Of a stretch of 55,419 bases of DNA, positions 21,708 through 34,379 are shown in pieces (the first letter of the stretch is position 1; every line of letters begins with the position of its first letter). The stretch is from the NCBI RefSeq assembly GCF_046119375.1, contig NW_027367729.1:1-55419 (forward strand), read 5' to 3'. The notes under the pieces were generated by a model. It was not told the origin of the DNA. It saw nothing but the letters and a program-made list of their open reading frames with translations, and searched no databases. The translations under genes were made by a program, and so were the position numbers. Origin of the DNA: Phyllobates terribilis. Taxonomy: Eukaryota.

Positions 21708-23453
21708 GGCGGATTGCCGGCGGAGGATTATCGGAGATAGGAATTAAGGGTTTTAGGGATGGGAGGCGGGAGAGAAAGGAAAGGGGATTAGGGTTTTTAT
21801 CAGTGTTTGGCGGGAATGGAAACGGCAAGCCGCATGTGGCCCAATTAGCGGGTCCCACTGCGTTTACACTTGTGACTGACCTCATTTTTGTTTTTCTAAT
21901 AAACAATAATCTCCTTTTTTTGTTATAGAAGGTCAATAAAATAATCCTCATTGACTAGGATAAAATCCCGCATTATTCTGTCTAATAATGTTTACAAATT
22001 TAGAAAAAAAACTATGGAGTAAATACTGGAAATTTCTAGTCTTTCTCGCAAAGTATATCAGGTACATTATGAATGTCTGTAAAATATATCAAATAGTCTA
22101 AATCTATTTTCTGACTTCATTCGAGGCCAGGATATCCACATCTTTATTATTTTCTCTGAAGCAGTGGAAGGCTTTTACTTCTTTGAATTATGTGATATCT
22201 GTTTCCAACTCCTTTATAATGTTTTTAATTCCACTCCAATTGAAGGTCTCTTGTACAGAAATTAAACAATTGAATGGAAGGATATACAAGTTATAGTAAA
22301 ATAAGGATTATAGATGCATCAAACCGAAAATCATCAAAAGCCCTTTGACAAATTGTGGATTTGGGTTTAAGAAAATTATAGGGTTTACTAGATGTAAGCC
22401 AAATATATGGTAGAACTGTAAAATTGGAAGGAGTTTGTTTGATTATATTTAAAGAAGGGGTTGAACAACCCAGAAGTTGAGAAATTGAAGGGTTTCTTGC
22501 GAAATCGTAGTATGTTCTTCATACTATAAGTTTGATTTCACCTATCTGAATTGTCCTAAAAATACTAAACTCATCTTCCATCTATATGTTCTCCATTTAA
22601 GATTATCTCACTGCATGTATTTATTGCAACTAATCATTTATTGTATCCGACATTCTATCTTTCTGAGTTGTGTTAATGGTATTAAGATGCACCCTGAGAT
22701 CATCAAATTCAATTCCACCGGAATTTCCGTCCTATTATAATCTTGGTAGTTAAGATAAAATCAGATGCATACCCATTTGTTTGGTTAATTTCACCGTTTG
22801 CTGCAAGATGTTGATGAATTTCCCCCTTTGCTGTAAATTGGGGTTAGTGGTGATGAATTCCTGTTGAATCTGTTCTTCTGTTCGTATATCAATTTATTTT
22901 GTCTGTTGTTTCCATCAGTTACATCCAACTAATATTTCTATTATTATTTATGTTCATAAAATTTCAACTGCGAATCTGAGCTGCGTGAGATGGTGGTGGA
23001 GTCGATCTGTTTTTCGCAGCTACATGGCCAATCAATCCGGTTGGAGGCCGTTCATCAATGTTTCTGACGGAGGCCTTGTCGTCGGCTTCTTCTTCGGTGG
23101 GCAAACGTCATGTCATCATTCTCTGAACAATCCTGTTCCATGCTCCATTCAACCGGTCCAATGCATGAGAATCAACAGTTGTAACCTCTTCTGTGCTACG
23201 CACGTGGCTCCAACTTCTAAACATTTGTCCTTTATGTTGCTTTTTATTTCAGCACATCTGTTTTTTATCTATATATTATCTCTACTAAATTCCATATACT
23301 AAAATCTTTATTATTATGTCAAATCTGTTATATCAAATCCCTTATAAATCCATTATTAGTTAGAATTGATACCTTTTGGTATCCTTCAAATTGTGTCGCT
23401 AGACACCTTTTGGTTCATGAATCACAAAAATTTATTATATGAATATACCATAT

Positions 23454-24041
23454 TGGAATTGCAAAGGGACACGGAGAAATGATTTTTGGACAGAAATATC
23501 ATTTTTGAAAGAAAAAAAAAAACGCAATAGATATATTATATTTAGTAGAAACGAAATCTAACAATATCCCACGTAATAAATTTCTCCATAAATTAGGATT
23601 TAAAAACATACATTTTAGTCAGCTATAGGATCTAAAGGAGGACTTTGGATTCTATTTTCCAATTCAATACAAGTAAAATTCTTTTCCATATTATATTAAA
23701 AAAATAACATTATTATTATCAAATATAAAAATTCTACTACATAATTTTAATATATTTTATTTATGCTCTTTCTAATGAAAATATAAGCTAGAGTTCTGGC
23801 ATAAATTTACTTCTAAAATTTTGAAGTATAATCGACCTTTTTATTATTATTGATGATTTTAACGAGATTCTTTCTCGTGTAGATAAATGGGGTGGCATCC
23901 CTCCTAATCCAAACAGATTTGGTAGACTTAAAAATCTTTCTAATCAATTTGGTCTTTTAACAACACCGTACAAAGGATTCCCTTTTACCTGGAAAAAATC
24001 TATTAACTTTACAAATACAATTTTAGAAAGACTTAATAGAC
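23454..24041 (+). mobile_element. Degenerate L1 LINE apurinic endonuclease remnant
   Basis: Ordered motifs WNCKG, DILYLVETK, GSKGGLWIL, DDFNEILSRVDKWGG, GFPFTW and ILERLNR. It is cut at 24042 by element B. Confidence 0.8.
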
Positions 24042-24969
24042 TGTAGGATCGTTGATCTTTGCTTAAGTCGCGACTAGAGCGACCTTGTGGTCTCAAGTTA
24101 ACTTTGTTGATCGTAAGGATCTTTAATGTGCGGAAATAAACTTGAAGACACAATGTTCTGCAAACAAACTCGTATATTGCTTATCAATCCTAGTTACAGT
24201 CTAGTTTCATACACAATAAAACTTCTAAGTAAGCTAGATCTCTAAAGCACCTATACTACTCTCTCTCTCACGTTCACAAAGGCCTGGTTTCGCCTCTCTT
24301 CGTCAACACATGACGAAAATGCTATCTCTAATATATATAGACCATCTAACATCAGGTCTATAGAATCTACTCCTAAATCGAATCTCAACTGAATTGCAAC
24401 AAATAAATCTTCTAGTTATAGAAGATATAAAATAAAGAAGAAAATAAAACATATACTAAAAGATAATGTTTGTGCTAGATACTCATATCATTCCGTATCT
24501 AAGCAAATCTACTAAAACGTGAGAGACACGCTCTAGTCTCTTCCGATATTCTAAGTGCCGAAGGCAATGCGCTTTTCGTCTTATAGTCTTGAGGTCGCTT
24601 TGATGGTATATCGTCTGCAGCGACCTTCCAATGGCTTTCGCGACTATCTTCTATGTTTGGCACTAGTGTTCGTCGTTGATAAGTCTTTACAGCTTAGACT
24701 TTACAACATCTTATGTTAGGCAGATACTTGTCTGTGATTGTCGCGACCTTCTCTGTCATGGAAGCGACTTTTGGTATATAGTCGCGACCTCTGATTCATG
24801 CATAGCGACCTGCTCCTGATCATCGCGACTTGCTTTCCATGCTCTGGTCCACTCTATACGCTTCCTAAGTACCTGTACTGAGTAAACTCAATGTAGATGT
24901 TAAAAGCAAGTGTTTGTTATCATTAAAACTAGAGAAACTGAGGTAAAGCAATACTTGCTTGACCTAACA
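24042..24969 (-). repeat. 3' LTR of element B (928 bp)
   Basis: Runs TGTAGGATCG...CCTAACA and is followed by ATTTCCCCCTTTTT. Confidence 0.92.
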
Positions 24970-25419
24970 ATTTCCCCCTTTTTAATGATGACAAACTATA
25001 TAAGACATGGCATATATTTAAGGCAGCATGTTTAAAAGACTATTGAATCTTCTAATGTATGAACTTGTTTAGAGAAGCAGTGATAAGTAACACTTTACCT
25101 TGAGCAAGTCTCGCTTTGTGTTTCCATAGGTCGCTTCTTATGGTAATAGTTTCCCCTGACTTAAACAACCGGTATGCGAGGTCTATTCCCCCTTTTGACA
25201 TCATTGAAAAAGTCATGCATATATATGATTAGGGAACTAAGGCGGCTATCATGATCTACTCTCTAGAGGAATGATTGATAAGATACCTAAGCGAAAGGAA
25301 CTAAGTTATAACTAGGCAAGATAATAGAGCAAGTAGAGAAAAACGAGCAAAGCATACTTTTATATTCATTTCGACTACGCACCCAAAAAGCTACTGGCTA
25401 GATTAACCTAAGGAAGAGA

Positions 25420-27408
25420 CTAAAAAGGACTCGGAACATGAAAAAGAAAAAGACAACTAAGTTGCTTCTTCGTCAACAGGATCAGCGTGCTCCGAGGCTG
25501 TCGCGACCTGTTGTTGCTCTGGAGCTGTAGTCGCTGGTGCCTCTTGTGTTGGAGGCACATCCCCCGTTGCCTTGGCCGCTTCCTCCTCTTCCCGAGCTCG
25601 CTCCTCCTCCAGATACTGGTGGTACTCCGCCCATGCCTTTTCATAGGCTTGGCTTTGCTCAGTATGGAAGGAACTGGAATAGCACTGGATCTGGGTCGCG
25701 ACCAGCGACCAGGCAAGCTAGCTGGGTGCACCTACTCTTGATCAGTTTATGAGTCGCGCACACATTTTTGTTGATTGTAAGCAGCGCGTCCAGAATGTTC
25801 TCATTTGACTGCAGCAGTTTCTTGTTTGTGACCTGCTGCTGGAGGAAAGCGGCGAGCAGATCGCGTGCGAGGGGCAGCTCAGAGCTTGGCAGGGGGTAGG
25901 CAGAGACGTCTTCAGCGACCTCATCCATTTTACCTTTTCCCTCGCTGGAAGTCGCTTTGAACTTCACTGGGGAAGGAGCTGGTGTAGCTTTTTCTGGATC
26001 GTGAAGGTCGCGAAGGCGGCGAATGCGCTGCTCAGTCAGTATGTGGGTGCAACGTCGCTCATCCACAGGTCAATACAGTCCCAAACGCACCATAATCTTC
26101 TTAATGATGTGAGGGTAGGGAAGCGGGAAGTGCGTGGAATTTACCGTATTGATGATGTTCTGCATGATGATTTTAGGAGTATCAATAGGCAGACCATCAG
26201 CGACCGTCTTGAGGATGCCAGCCTCCCCATTCGTGATTTTGCAGGGCACGTCGGGGCGAGGGACGATATTCTTTCTTATCACCAGATGTACGAGCTTCAG
26301 CGGCCAGTGCAGATAGCTGTTGTGGAGTGGTCGCTTGTTGTCACCTGGAATGAACACCTTGTTTTTGAAGGTGACGAGGCCCCCTTGAGGTGGATTCTTC
26401 TTTTGCAGGGTCGCGTACCTGTCACCACCTGTGGGAAGCCCGAGCAGCTCACCAATCAGCCGAGGATTGATGGAGAATGTTTCGTCGTCGTGGCAGAGCA
26501 AGCAGGTGAGCTCATTGACGATTTTATCTGGGTCATTTGGAGACGCGACTGGCACCGCGACTGCAAGGTGGCGATAGAAGGCGCGAATCTGATCCGGGGT
26601 CGTAGTCAAACGGACTAGACTCCATGTTGAGCCAGTCGTGCTGTCGCAGAAGCTCAATGGCGTGCGTGAGATTGTACGCCTCAGCTAGATCTAGCAGCTC
26701 TTGCTCGACCAGGAGTAGCGGCTCAATGATTGGTCTGCCTCTGTATTTACTCTCGCCAACTTGAAGGGGCTCATCGCCGGCGTATGGCTGGGGAAACTTG
26801 AAGGGTTTAAGGTAAGTGGTGGTGGAGGTGGATTTTGGTGGTGCTGCGGTGATGGCCATGGGGGAAGAAGCTTTTGGAGGTGCTGGGGAGCGTCGAGTGG
26901 TTTTGCAAGGACACTTGTGCAGTGCCGACCCTTCAGGGGATTGTTTCTGAGGTCGCTTCCTCAGACCCATGCGCTTGGTTGCGCTAGTTGTGGCGTCTCC
27001 AGAGGCCTGGATGGTTAGGGTGGGTGGTACGTCTTCCTCAGGGGAGTGGCGTTTAGAGGGGGTGTGATCGGGTGTGCTGACAGAGTCGCTGGATAAGGAG
27101 GGACTGGGTGTGTGTTTGGAAGGTGTTCGTTCAGCCGATGAGACAGGGATAATCTCATCTTCCTTCTGTGATGGTGTGTTTTCTTCAGAGAGAGGAGGAA
27201 GGGGGTTGTGAAGTGGTGTTTGTGGAGGTACCTTTACAGAAGAGCCGGCACCTTCAGCAGAGGAGGTCATAGGCACCGGAGGCTTGCTCTGGGGTGTTGT
27301 AGCGGCAGAGAGAGCTGAAGTTGGAGCGCCACCGAGGAGAAGCCTCTTTTGTTCCTCAGAAAGAGTACCTATGAGAGTTTGGAGGGCAAGAAATTGTGAG
27401 GGATCCAT
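25420..27408 (-). pseudogene. Extra ('env-like') ORF of element B, frameshifted
   Basis: ORFs 26533-27408, 26070-26657, 25659-26066 and 25420-25731 join into an S/T/P-rich region, a conserved core (IIEPLL, QIRAFY, LVHLVIRKNIVPR, PLPYPHII), a coiled coil and a hydrophobic tail. Confidence 0.8.
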
Positions 27409-28576
27409 TTCGGTGTGGAGTAGTGGTAGTGTTTAGGTAAAAGTTTGGGATTTGAGAGTAGCGACTAAGATTGAGAGAGTGGAGAGCAAGAAAATTTTGG
27501 CAGCGATATGAGAGAAGGTAGTGAAAGGGTATTATGTAGGTGAATGGGTCAGGAATTTATAGGGTTTGGATAGTCGGTGGTCGCTAACGGCTACTTTTCT
27601 TTAGTGGGAGGTAACGGCTATATTTCTTCAGCGAGCGGTAACGGCTACTTTTCGTGATTTTCAATGTGCGGCGCTGCAGACCTAGCCGTTGAGCTGATTA
27701 TTGTCAAGCGCTTCAGTTTAATTTTCTTACCGTTGAAGCTTGCTCATCGTTGAAGATATGCCAGGTATGGTCGCTATGGTAGCCACTGAAATATGGTGCG
27801 CGATACCCTTGTAGCGACGAAGCGACCTCTAAAGAGCACAAGCGATATCACAACATACCCAAAACACGCGTACCTGTTTAAGAATTAGCAACATAGAGGT
27901 CCTAATCTATTCACTCTCAGTCCTAGGTGGGGTAGACACATGCATACATTTAAAATTGAAGGACAAAAACACATAGAATAGTACATATGCATATGCAATT
28001 TGAAAATTAGGGTAGGACTTTAATATCAAGTGGATATTCCCAGTTGTGAGCTATGAGGGTCATAGGGAACGTTACACAAGATTAGGCTAGGGACACTTTA
28101 TAATCACATATCATATCTCGTTGGGCTTTGTAATGGGCTAAGAAGCGATCAATGTGATTATGTTCATAGGATTTCAAAGAAGAGCATGCAGGTCCATAAT
28201 TTCTAGCAAGATCTATTAAGTCGCGTAGATTCACCTAATTATTTCACAAAGGCATCAACCAGAGCATGCGAGAGACTAAAGCTAATGCTAAAGTTTGCCA
28301 GTCATTTCAAGCGAGTCCTAAGTTCCCAATATCAATATATAAGCAGATAGTTCTAGTCAGAGTAGAGGGAACTTACAGACGTAGGTCGCTTAAGTGAAGG
28401 GGATCATTCCCAGAAGGAGCCTTAGATTGACAAATTGATCCTTGTTCAAGGCTTTGGTGAAGATATCCGTCACTTGCTCTTCAGTTCTACAATGAGTTAA
28501 TTCAATATTTCTTGAAGCCTGTCATGTGGCAAGAGCAGCCATTGTCTAACTACCGTCGTTCCTTAGCACTTCCAAC

Positions 28577-30756
28577 CTACGCAAGAAAAATTCAAACTTT
28601 TGGTACCCAGTGAAGCTCAGCTTGACTGGGTGAATAGTATCGTGGCTCCTTTGGAGCGTGTCCCATCAGCATGAATGATATTGAAGGTCATGGGAGCAGT
28701 TTCATAGGATTCATTATGATTAGAGTTGATCCTAGCGTTCTGTTTTATCTTTGATCCTAGCGTTCTAGGTTTAGCATGTTGATTTGCTTGAGTTTGATAT
28801 GTCTGATGAATGTTCTGATGTCGCTGGTGATAATTATCATATCGCTTGGTATGATTTGAAGGTCGCTGGTGTTGGTACTGAGGTCGCGATGATTCATGTT
28901 CATGAGCAACATCTTTGCAAGGAGAAACATAAGGCTTGTTGTCACGAGCCTGTTTCTTCTTACAGTTATAGATTGTATGACCATTGAAACCACAGTATCT
29001 ACACCAGTCGTAATAGATCACTCGCCCATATTTTCCACGTCCTGGTCTAAAGGGCTTTGCATTTTTGGTGCACCCCTTGACCTCGTGAGTCCTTGGGCTT
29101 GTGATACATACATGGCATTAGCTTTTCCCCATGATACCATTTTGACTTATGTTGGGGTTTTCCAAGACTTTCACTTTGTCTTCTAAGAACTCATTCTTGC
29201 TTTTACAAGTTTGAAGAGCCTTATCCAACACGTCAGCCTTTTCAGCGAGTTCCTTGGCTAATTTCTCATGCATGGATGAGGATTTAACATTATCATCAGA
29301 TTCATAGCCAAGCCCTCTCGCTTTAACAAACACTGTTTGATTAATTGATCGCTTTTCAATTAGGGATGCGATACCAGCGACATCAAGGATGACCCTTTTT
29401 ATTAGGTCATTAGTTTCAAGTAGGCTTTCGCTTGCCATAGAAACATGAGTGGGCGCTTGTGTAGACGCTTTAGTAAGCGCTTTACCTTTGCATCCCAAAC
29501 ACTCCTTGGTTAACAAGGTTGTTTCTTTAGCCTTTTGAAAGTCTATCTCTTTATTTGCTAGCCTAGTAGATAAATCTAAACATTCAGCATGAAGATCTTC
29601 TATTTCCTTTTCATAGCTATCATTTTCAGTTTGTAGTCGCTCGCTCTCTTCTATTATTCCTAGAATTATATTGATTAAATCAGGTTTATCAAGCATGTGA
29701 ATCTTTTAGTGAAGCTATTAGGAAGAGAGATTGATACCTCGGGAGTCTTCAGAACTTTGTTCTCCAGCCATTAGACATAAGCCTGTGAACCCTTCATGTA
29801 AGTCTGCATCATCATCATCATCTCCCCATGCAGAAGTGGTCACAAGTGCCTTCTTTTCAAATTGCTCAACCTTTGGCTTGGTGCAGTCTCTTGCTAGATG
29901 CCCCTTTTGCTGGCAATTGTAGCAGGTGTAGCTGTTGAGGTCGCGTTGGGGGTCAGATGAGGAGGGTAAGGTTCCTTTCTCGTTTTTTTAAGAATCGCTT
30001 GACCATCTTGGTCATTAAGACTACGTCTTTATCATCATCTTCTTCTTCGTCTTGGTTCTCCATCCTGTCTAGAGCTTTTGACAACTTCAAGTGACTTGTT
30101 TTGTGTCGCTTCCTCTTGTCAAAGATCTCAGCTTGTCGCCTTGTTCTTGATCATAGAACTTCCCAAAGATCTTGGCTACTGGAAGAGCTTTGGGTTTCTT
30201 CAGACATTAAGGCTATACTCCTAGCCATTTCAAATTTGTCGCTCATAGCATGTATGACAACGAGTGTCTTCTAATACTCTGGGATGATGTGACCAGCAAT
30301 GGTTAGCTTATCTGTGAGCACGAAGAATCGCGACTGGCAATCAAGGACGCTTTCATTCTCAAGTTGTCTGAAGGCATGAAACTCGCGTTGTAACACGAAT
30401 TCCTGTTGTGCTTCATGTCTTCACTTCCTCTATGAATGAATATGATTGTATCCCAGATTTCCTTGACAGTAGGGAGACTTTTTACCTTGTCAACATCATG
30501 GCGTTGTAGGCCGACGAAGATCATCTGGCGAGCTTTGGCATTTAACTTTGATTTTCCTGTAGTAGGCAGCGTCCATCGCGCTTCTGGTGATATCTTCAGG
30601 GACTTCTTCATCTCCTAATTCGATGACGTTCCAACATTGAGCGTCCATCTGCTTGATCCAAGTCTTGTGCATTTCGATCCACCAGTCGAGTTCTCCTTCC
30701 TTTAGTAGAGGTGGCTTGTTGAGAGTTTGTCTGTGAGTTGGAGTTGAGGAAGACAT
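28577..30756 (-). pseudogene. Extended gag of element B, frameshifted
   Basis: LNKPPLLKEGELDWW, EIWDTIIFIHRGSED, knuckle CYNCQQKGHLARDC, CLMA, coiled coil, second knuckle CRYCGFNGHTIYNC, and ELHWVPKV*. Confidence 0.88.
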
Positions 30757-30792
30757 GGTGGATTACAGAATGGTTCCTGCTCTGATACCAAT

Positions 30793-31556
30793 TGTAGGAT
30801 CGTTGATCTTTGCTTAAGTCGCGACCTTGTGGTCTCAAGTTAACTTTGTTGATCGTAAGGATCTTTAATGTGCGGAAATAAACTTGAAGACACAATGTTC
30901 TGCAAACAAACTCGTATATTGCTTTCCAATCCTAGTTACAGTTCTAGTTTCATACACAAGAACTTCTAAGCAAGCTAGGTCTATGAAGCAACTATACTAA
31001 CCTCTCTTTCACGTCACAAATGCCTGGTTTCGCCTCTCTTCGTCAACACATGACGAAATGCTATCTCTAATATATATAGACCATCTAACATCTGGTCTAT
31101 CGAATCTACTAACTAATGAAAGATAAAATCTAAATCATAACAACTAAATCTTCTAGTTATAGAAGATAGATACTCAACTTAAAAGATAAAATAATGCTAA
31201 AAGATAATGTTTGGCTAGATACTTGTATCACATCGTATCTAAATGAATCTGATAGAACGTGAGAGACACGCTCTAACATCTTCATATCTTCTAAGTGCCG
31301 AAGGCAATTCGCTTCGTCGTATAGTCTTGAGGTCGCTTTGATGGTATATCGTCTGCAGCGACCTTCCAATGGCTTTCGCGAGTATCTTCTATACTTGGCA
31401 CTAGTGTTCGTCGTTGATAAGTCTTTACAATTTAGACTTTACAACATCTTATGTTAGACAGATACTTGTTTGTGATTGTCGCGACCTTCTCTGTCATGGA
31501 AGAGACCTTGTTTGTGATAAGTCTTTACAGTTTAGACTTTACAACATCTTATGTTA
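30793..31556 (-). repeat. 5' LTR of element B, truncated and fused to an A-family LTR
   Basis: Homologous to the first ~700 bp of the 24042-24969 LTR. A short duplication at 31503-31556 precedes the switch. Confidence 0.88.
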
Positions 31557-32096
31557 TACTATGGCATAATCGTTGGGAACTAGTTACCTAAAAGCATAAA
31601 GATAATAACAAATAAAGTACTAAATCTAAACTAGCCGAGTATAATGAAAAACTTGCTTCAACAGTTAAGATCTCGAATCTGGTAAATCTCAAGCGAATCA
31701 AATCTTTCCTTCTATAGCTCTTGAAAGATTTCTTTCCATATATACGCGCTCGCTCCCCTTGAGTGTATTTGGTCCCCTTGAGCGCGTTTCTCCTTGTATA
31801 GCGCGTTACTTCTGCAGCTCGATTCTTCACTCTTGTGTTCGTTCCCCTCCAACGTCACTCGGTTCCCTTGCTCCTAGTTAAGCGCCTTGAACGCTATTCT
31901 TCTCACTGGACTTTCTCTTGTATCCCCACTTCAGCTCGTTGCTTTTCATGCTTAAACCTCCTAAATAACTCAAAGGCCTATCGATTTCTTGTGATATCTC
32001 ACTCAATACACATATTAGTTCATAAGGCAGTATGTATCATTAAAACCGAGGCATTATCAGTTACAAGAACTAAGGGACTAGTTCATATAACCAACA
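31557..32096 (-). repeat. Partial A-family LTR inserted in the protease region of element C
   Basis: TACTATGGCATAATC...GTTCATATAACCAACA matches about 14940-15482. The flank AAGCT continues into the element C protease sequence. Confidence 0.88.
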
Positions 32097-33789
32097 AAGC
32101 TACACTTAAGAGGTTAAACTTAAGATTGTCAACAAGGTTAACATTACGAACCTGGATAGCGTTAGTGAGATGAACAGTTCCGTTGGCCTTGATCTTACCT
32201 CATATTTTGTCACCAAAAGAAAAATTACCTCCATCTTTAGCTTGAAGTGAGAGTAGAAGAGAGGGATTACTTGTCATGTGACAAGAGCATCCGTTGTCAA
32301 TATACCACTTACTCATCGCTTCATTCTCAATATTGATCTTTGTGCCTTGAATTTCAGTTGCCATTAAGCAAGACGAGTTAGAGTTTGAGCTTGAGCTTGA
32401 GCTTGAATCTGGACTGGGAACACCTTTGACCTTAGTACAAAGTTTTACCGGTTGTTCGTCTTCCTTGAAATTGCCTTGTTCTTTGAAGTACTTCCTGAGT
32501 AACCTGATCATAGTAGCAATTTCTTTGTCCTTCATGATTCAAACTATAGAGAGAGTAAGAATCTTTGCAAGAACAACCTGAGCTCTGATACCAATTGTAG
32601 AATTGAGTTTCTTGGTTCACTTGAGTGTATAAGAGTTGAAACAAAGTAAACACAAGTAAAGCTAGTCTAATCTCAAAGATTAACTCTAATAGCTATATAA
32701 GCTAAAGAGCTAGTAGTGCGGAAGTTGAGATTAGCTACAATTTTAAGCTTAGTAAAATGATTTAAAAAGCTCGGCTCATGCAAAGATTTTTCCAAGGTGA
32801 GAACCCTAATATTCTAATAAGCTCAGGATAAAACTCACCACTGAACTTGTATTACTCCAGAGCAATTACACACTTAAGCTACTCCTAGCTCAAGTAACTC
32901 TCTCTCACAACACAAGTTGCGTTCAGCTCATACAAGTAATCTCTCTCAATCAAGCTCCTAAGTGATTTAGATAGTAGCTCTCTTCACATCGACTTAAGCT
33001 CAATATAGCTTTCTCTCTAGCTCTCTCTTAGGCTTATTCACTTTTCTCTAGCTTGTGAAGCTCTAAACTCGTTAGCTAAGCTCTTACTCGTGCCTAACAT
33101 CACTCCTATGCATGCCTTATATAGTAATTCTAACTTACTACCCTGAAGCTAGCAATTCTATATCTTGCGACATTGAAGACAACCACCTCAGCGATCCATG
33201 TGATCATATTCGCTCCGGAAATGCATCTACGACCTTTATCGCTTCGTGCTTCTTTGCTTGATCTTATCAGCTCATCCACGTTGGCAATCCTCACCTTCAG
33301 CGCGTGATTTGTCCAGATTGGCGATTCCCGTACATCCAATATCCAAAAGTATAAACCCTAACAAACTCCTTGTTGTTTCAATTTCCCTTAATCTATAGCT
33401 TCAACGACCTTCTTTTCACTTGACCAAATCTTTTATGCACTTGTGCAGGATTCCACTCCTAGACTCTCGCTGTTTGCTCTATTACTTGTATCTTCTCTCT
33501 TTTTTCTGAAGCGCGATCCACTAGCTTTACAACGACTCTCACTTGCTTAAAGCTAGTCCTTCCGTCTTCTTATTTCTTCTCTGCAAGTCTTATTCTATCT
33601 TGGCGAGATTCAACTTTTCCCGCTAGACCTTAAGCTAGTCTCATTATGGACTCAGCTAGTCCGCTTGTGCCAAAGCTACACTTATAACTCTTCGAGCTAT
33701 ACCTGTCTAGCTTAGAATACACAAAGGACATCAAATACTTAAGTTTGTTATATTCAAAATAAACATAATAATTTAGCTAACTAGTTACA
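32097..33789 (-). mobile_element. Element C: copia 5' LTR (32596-about 33789), PBS and a short gag-protease remnant
   Basis: PBS TGGTATCAGAGC (32582-32593) and ORF 32200-32535 ending ...CLMATEIQGTKINIENEAMSKWYIDNGCSCHMTS, followed by ...NLKFNLLSVA. Confidence 0.85.
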
Positions 33790-34379
33790 CACTCTAACTC
33801 AAACCAGCACTATATGATTTTAGAGTACTAGTAATTGTGTAACTTCCTTCTACCTTGCAGCATTTCATTCCAGGCTATAGTCTATTGGAAAACTTCCTGT
33901 TTACTGAATTTTTTGATGTTTCCCAATAATTACTTCTGAATTCTGATTCCATGTACCATCAAAATGTATCAATGCAAATTATATACTAATACTACTTACT
34001 TTACATCTACTACTGGTTTTGCAGGACAATTTTTGTCCAGATTGTGGTGTTCCGGGCGCCTAACATGTTGTTTACCACACATCTATGCAACCAGATTTAG
34101 CTGATTTGTAACCTTTTGCATCATTCAATTTTCTCTTATATTTTTTTAATTTTATAATTTTCGGGTTTCTTAAACTAACATAGCTGCCATTACTATCAGA
34201 CCCAACACCAAAAGGAAATCAGTCAATAAGTACATTATGAATATGCACTTGGATAATAGTTTTTGATCCTATTAGCCAATCAACATAAAACATAATAGAA
34301 AACCAGTTGTAAGTTTAAACTTTTCATGACTCCTATTACCAACCAACATACAATACTATATAAAACAGTTTAATGGATC

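Larger units (their letters stand above)
24042..31556 (-). mobile_element. Element B: Sirevirus-type copia with gag and extra ORF but pol almost entirely deleted; 5' LTR truncated
   Basis: LTRs at 24042-24969 and 30793-31556, PBS TGGTATCAGA (30781-30790) and multiple PPTs at 24970-25200. Gag has two knuckles and WVPKV. The PR motif LDNGCSCHMTG is joined directly to the RNase H end IELTHCRTEEQVTDIFTKAL. Confidence 0.92.

Noticed and set aside
21134-21951. ORFs 21134-21637 (+) and 21418-21951 (-) as independent genes
   Set aside because: They are an antisense shadow and an off-frame reading of GMP synthase exon 1.
21960-23400. Possible LINE ORF1 or gene remnant upstream of GMPS
   Set aside because: No frame gave convincing motifs by eye. 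A translated search is needed.
26001-26618. 205-aa + strand ORF as a separate antisense gene
   Set aside because: It is the shadow of the GC-rich extra ORF of element B on the opposite strand and has no recognisable motifs.
33800-34100. Two acceptor-like sites (TTGCAG) followed by short open stretches
   Set aside because: The open frames are short, with no donors or recognisable protein.
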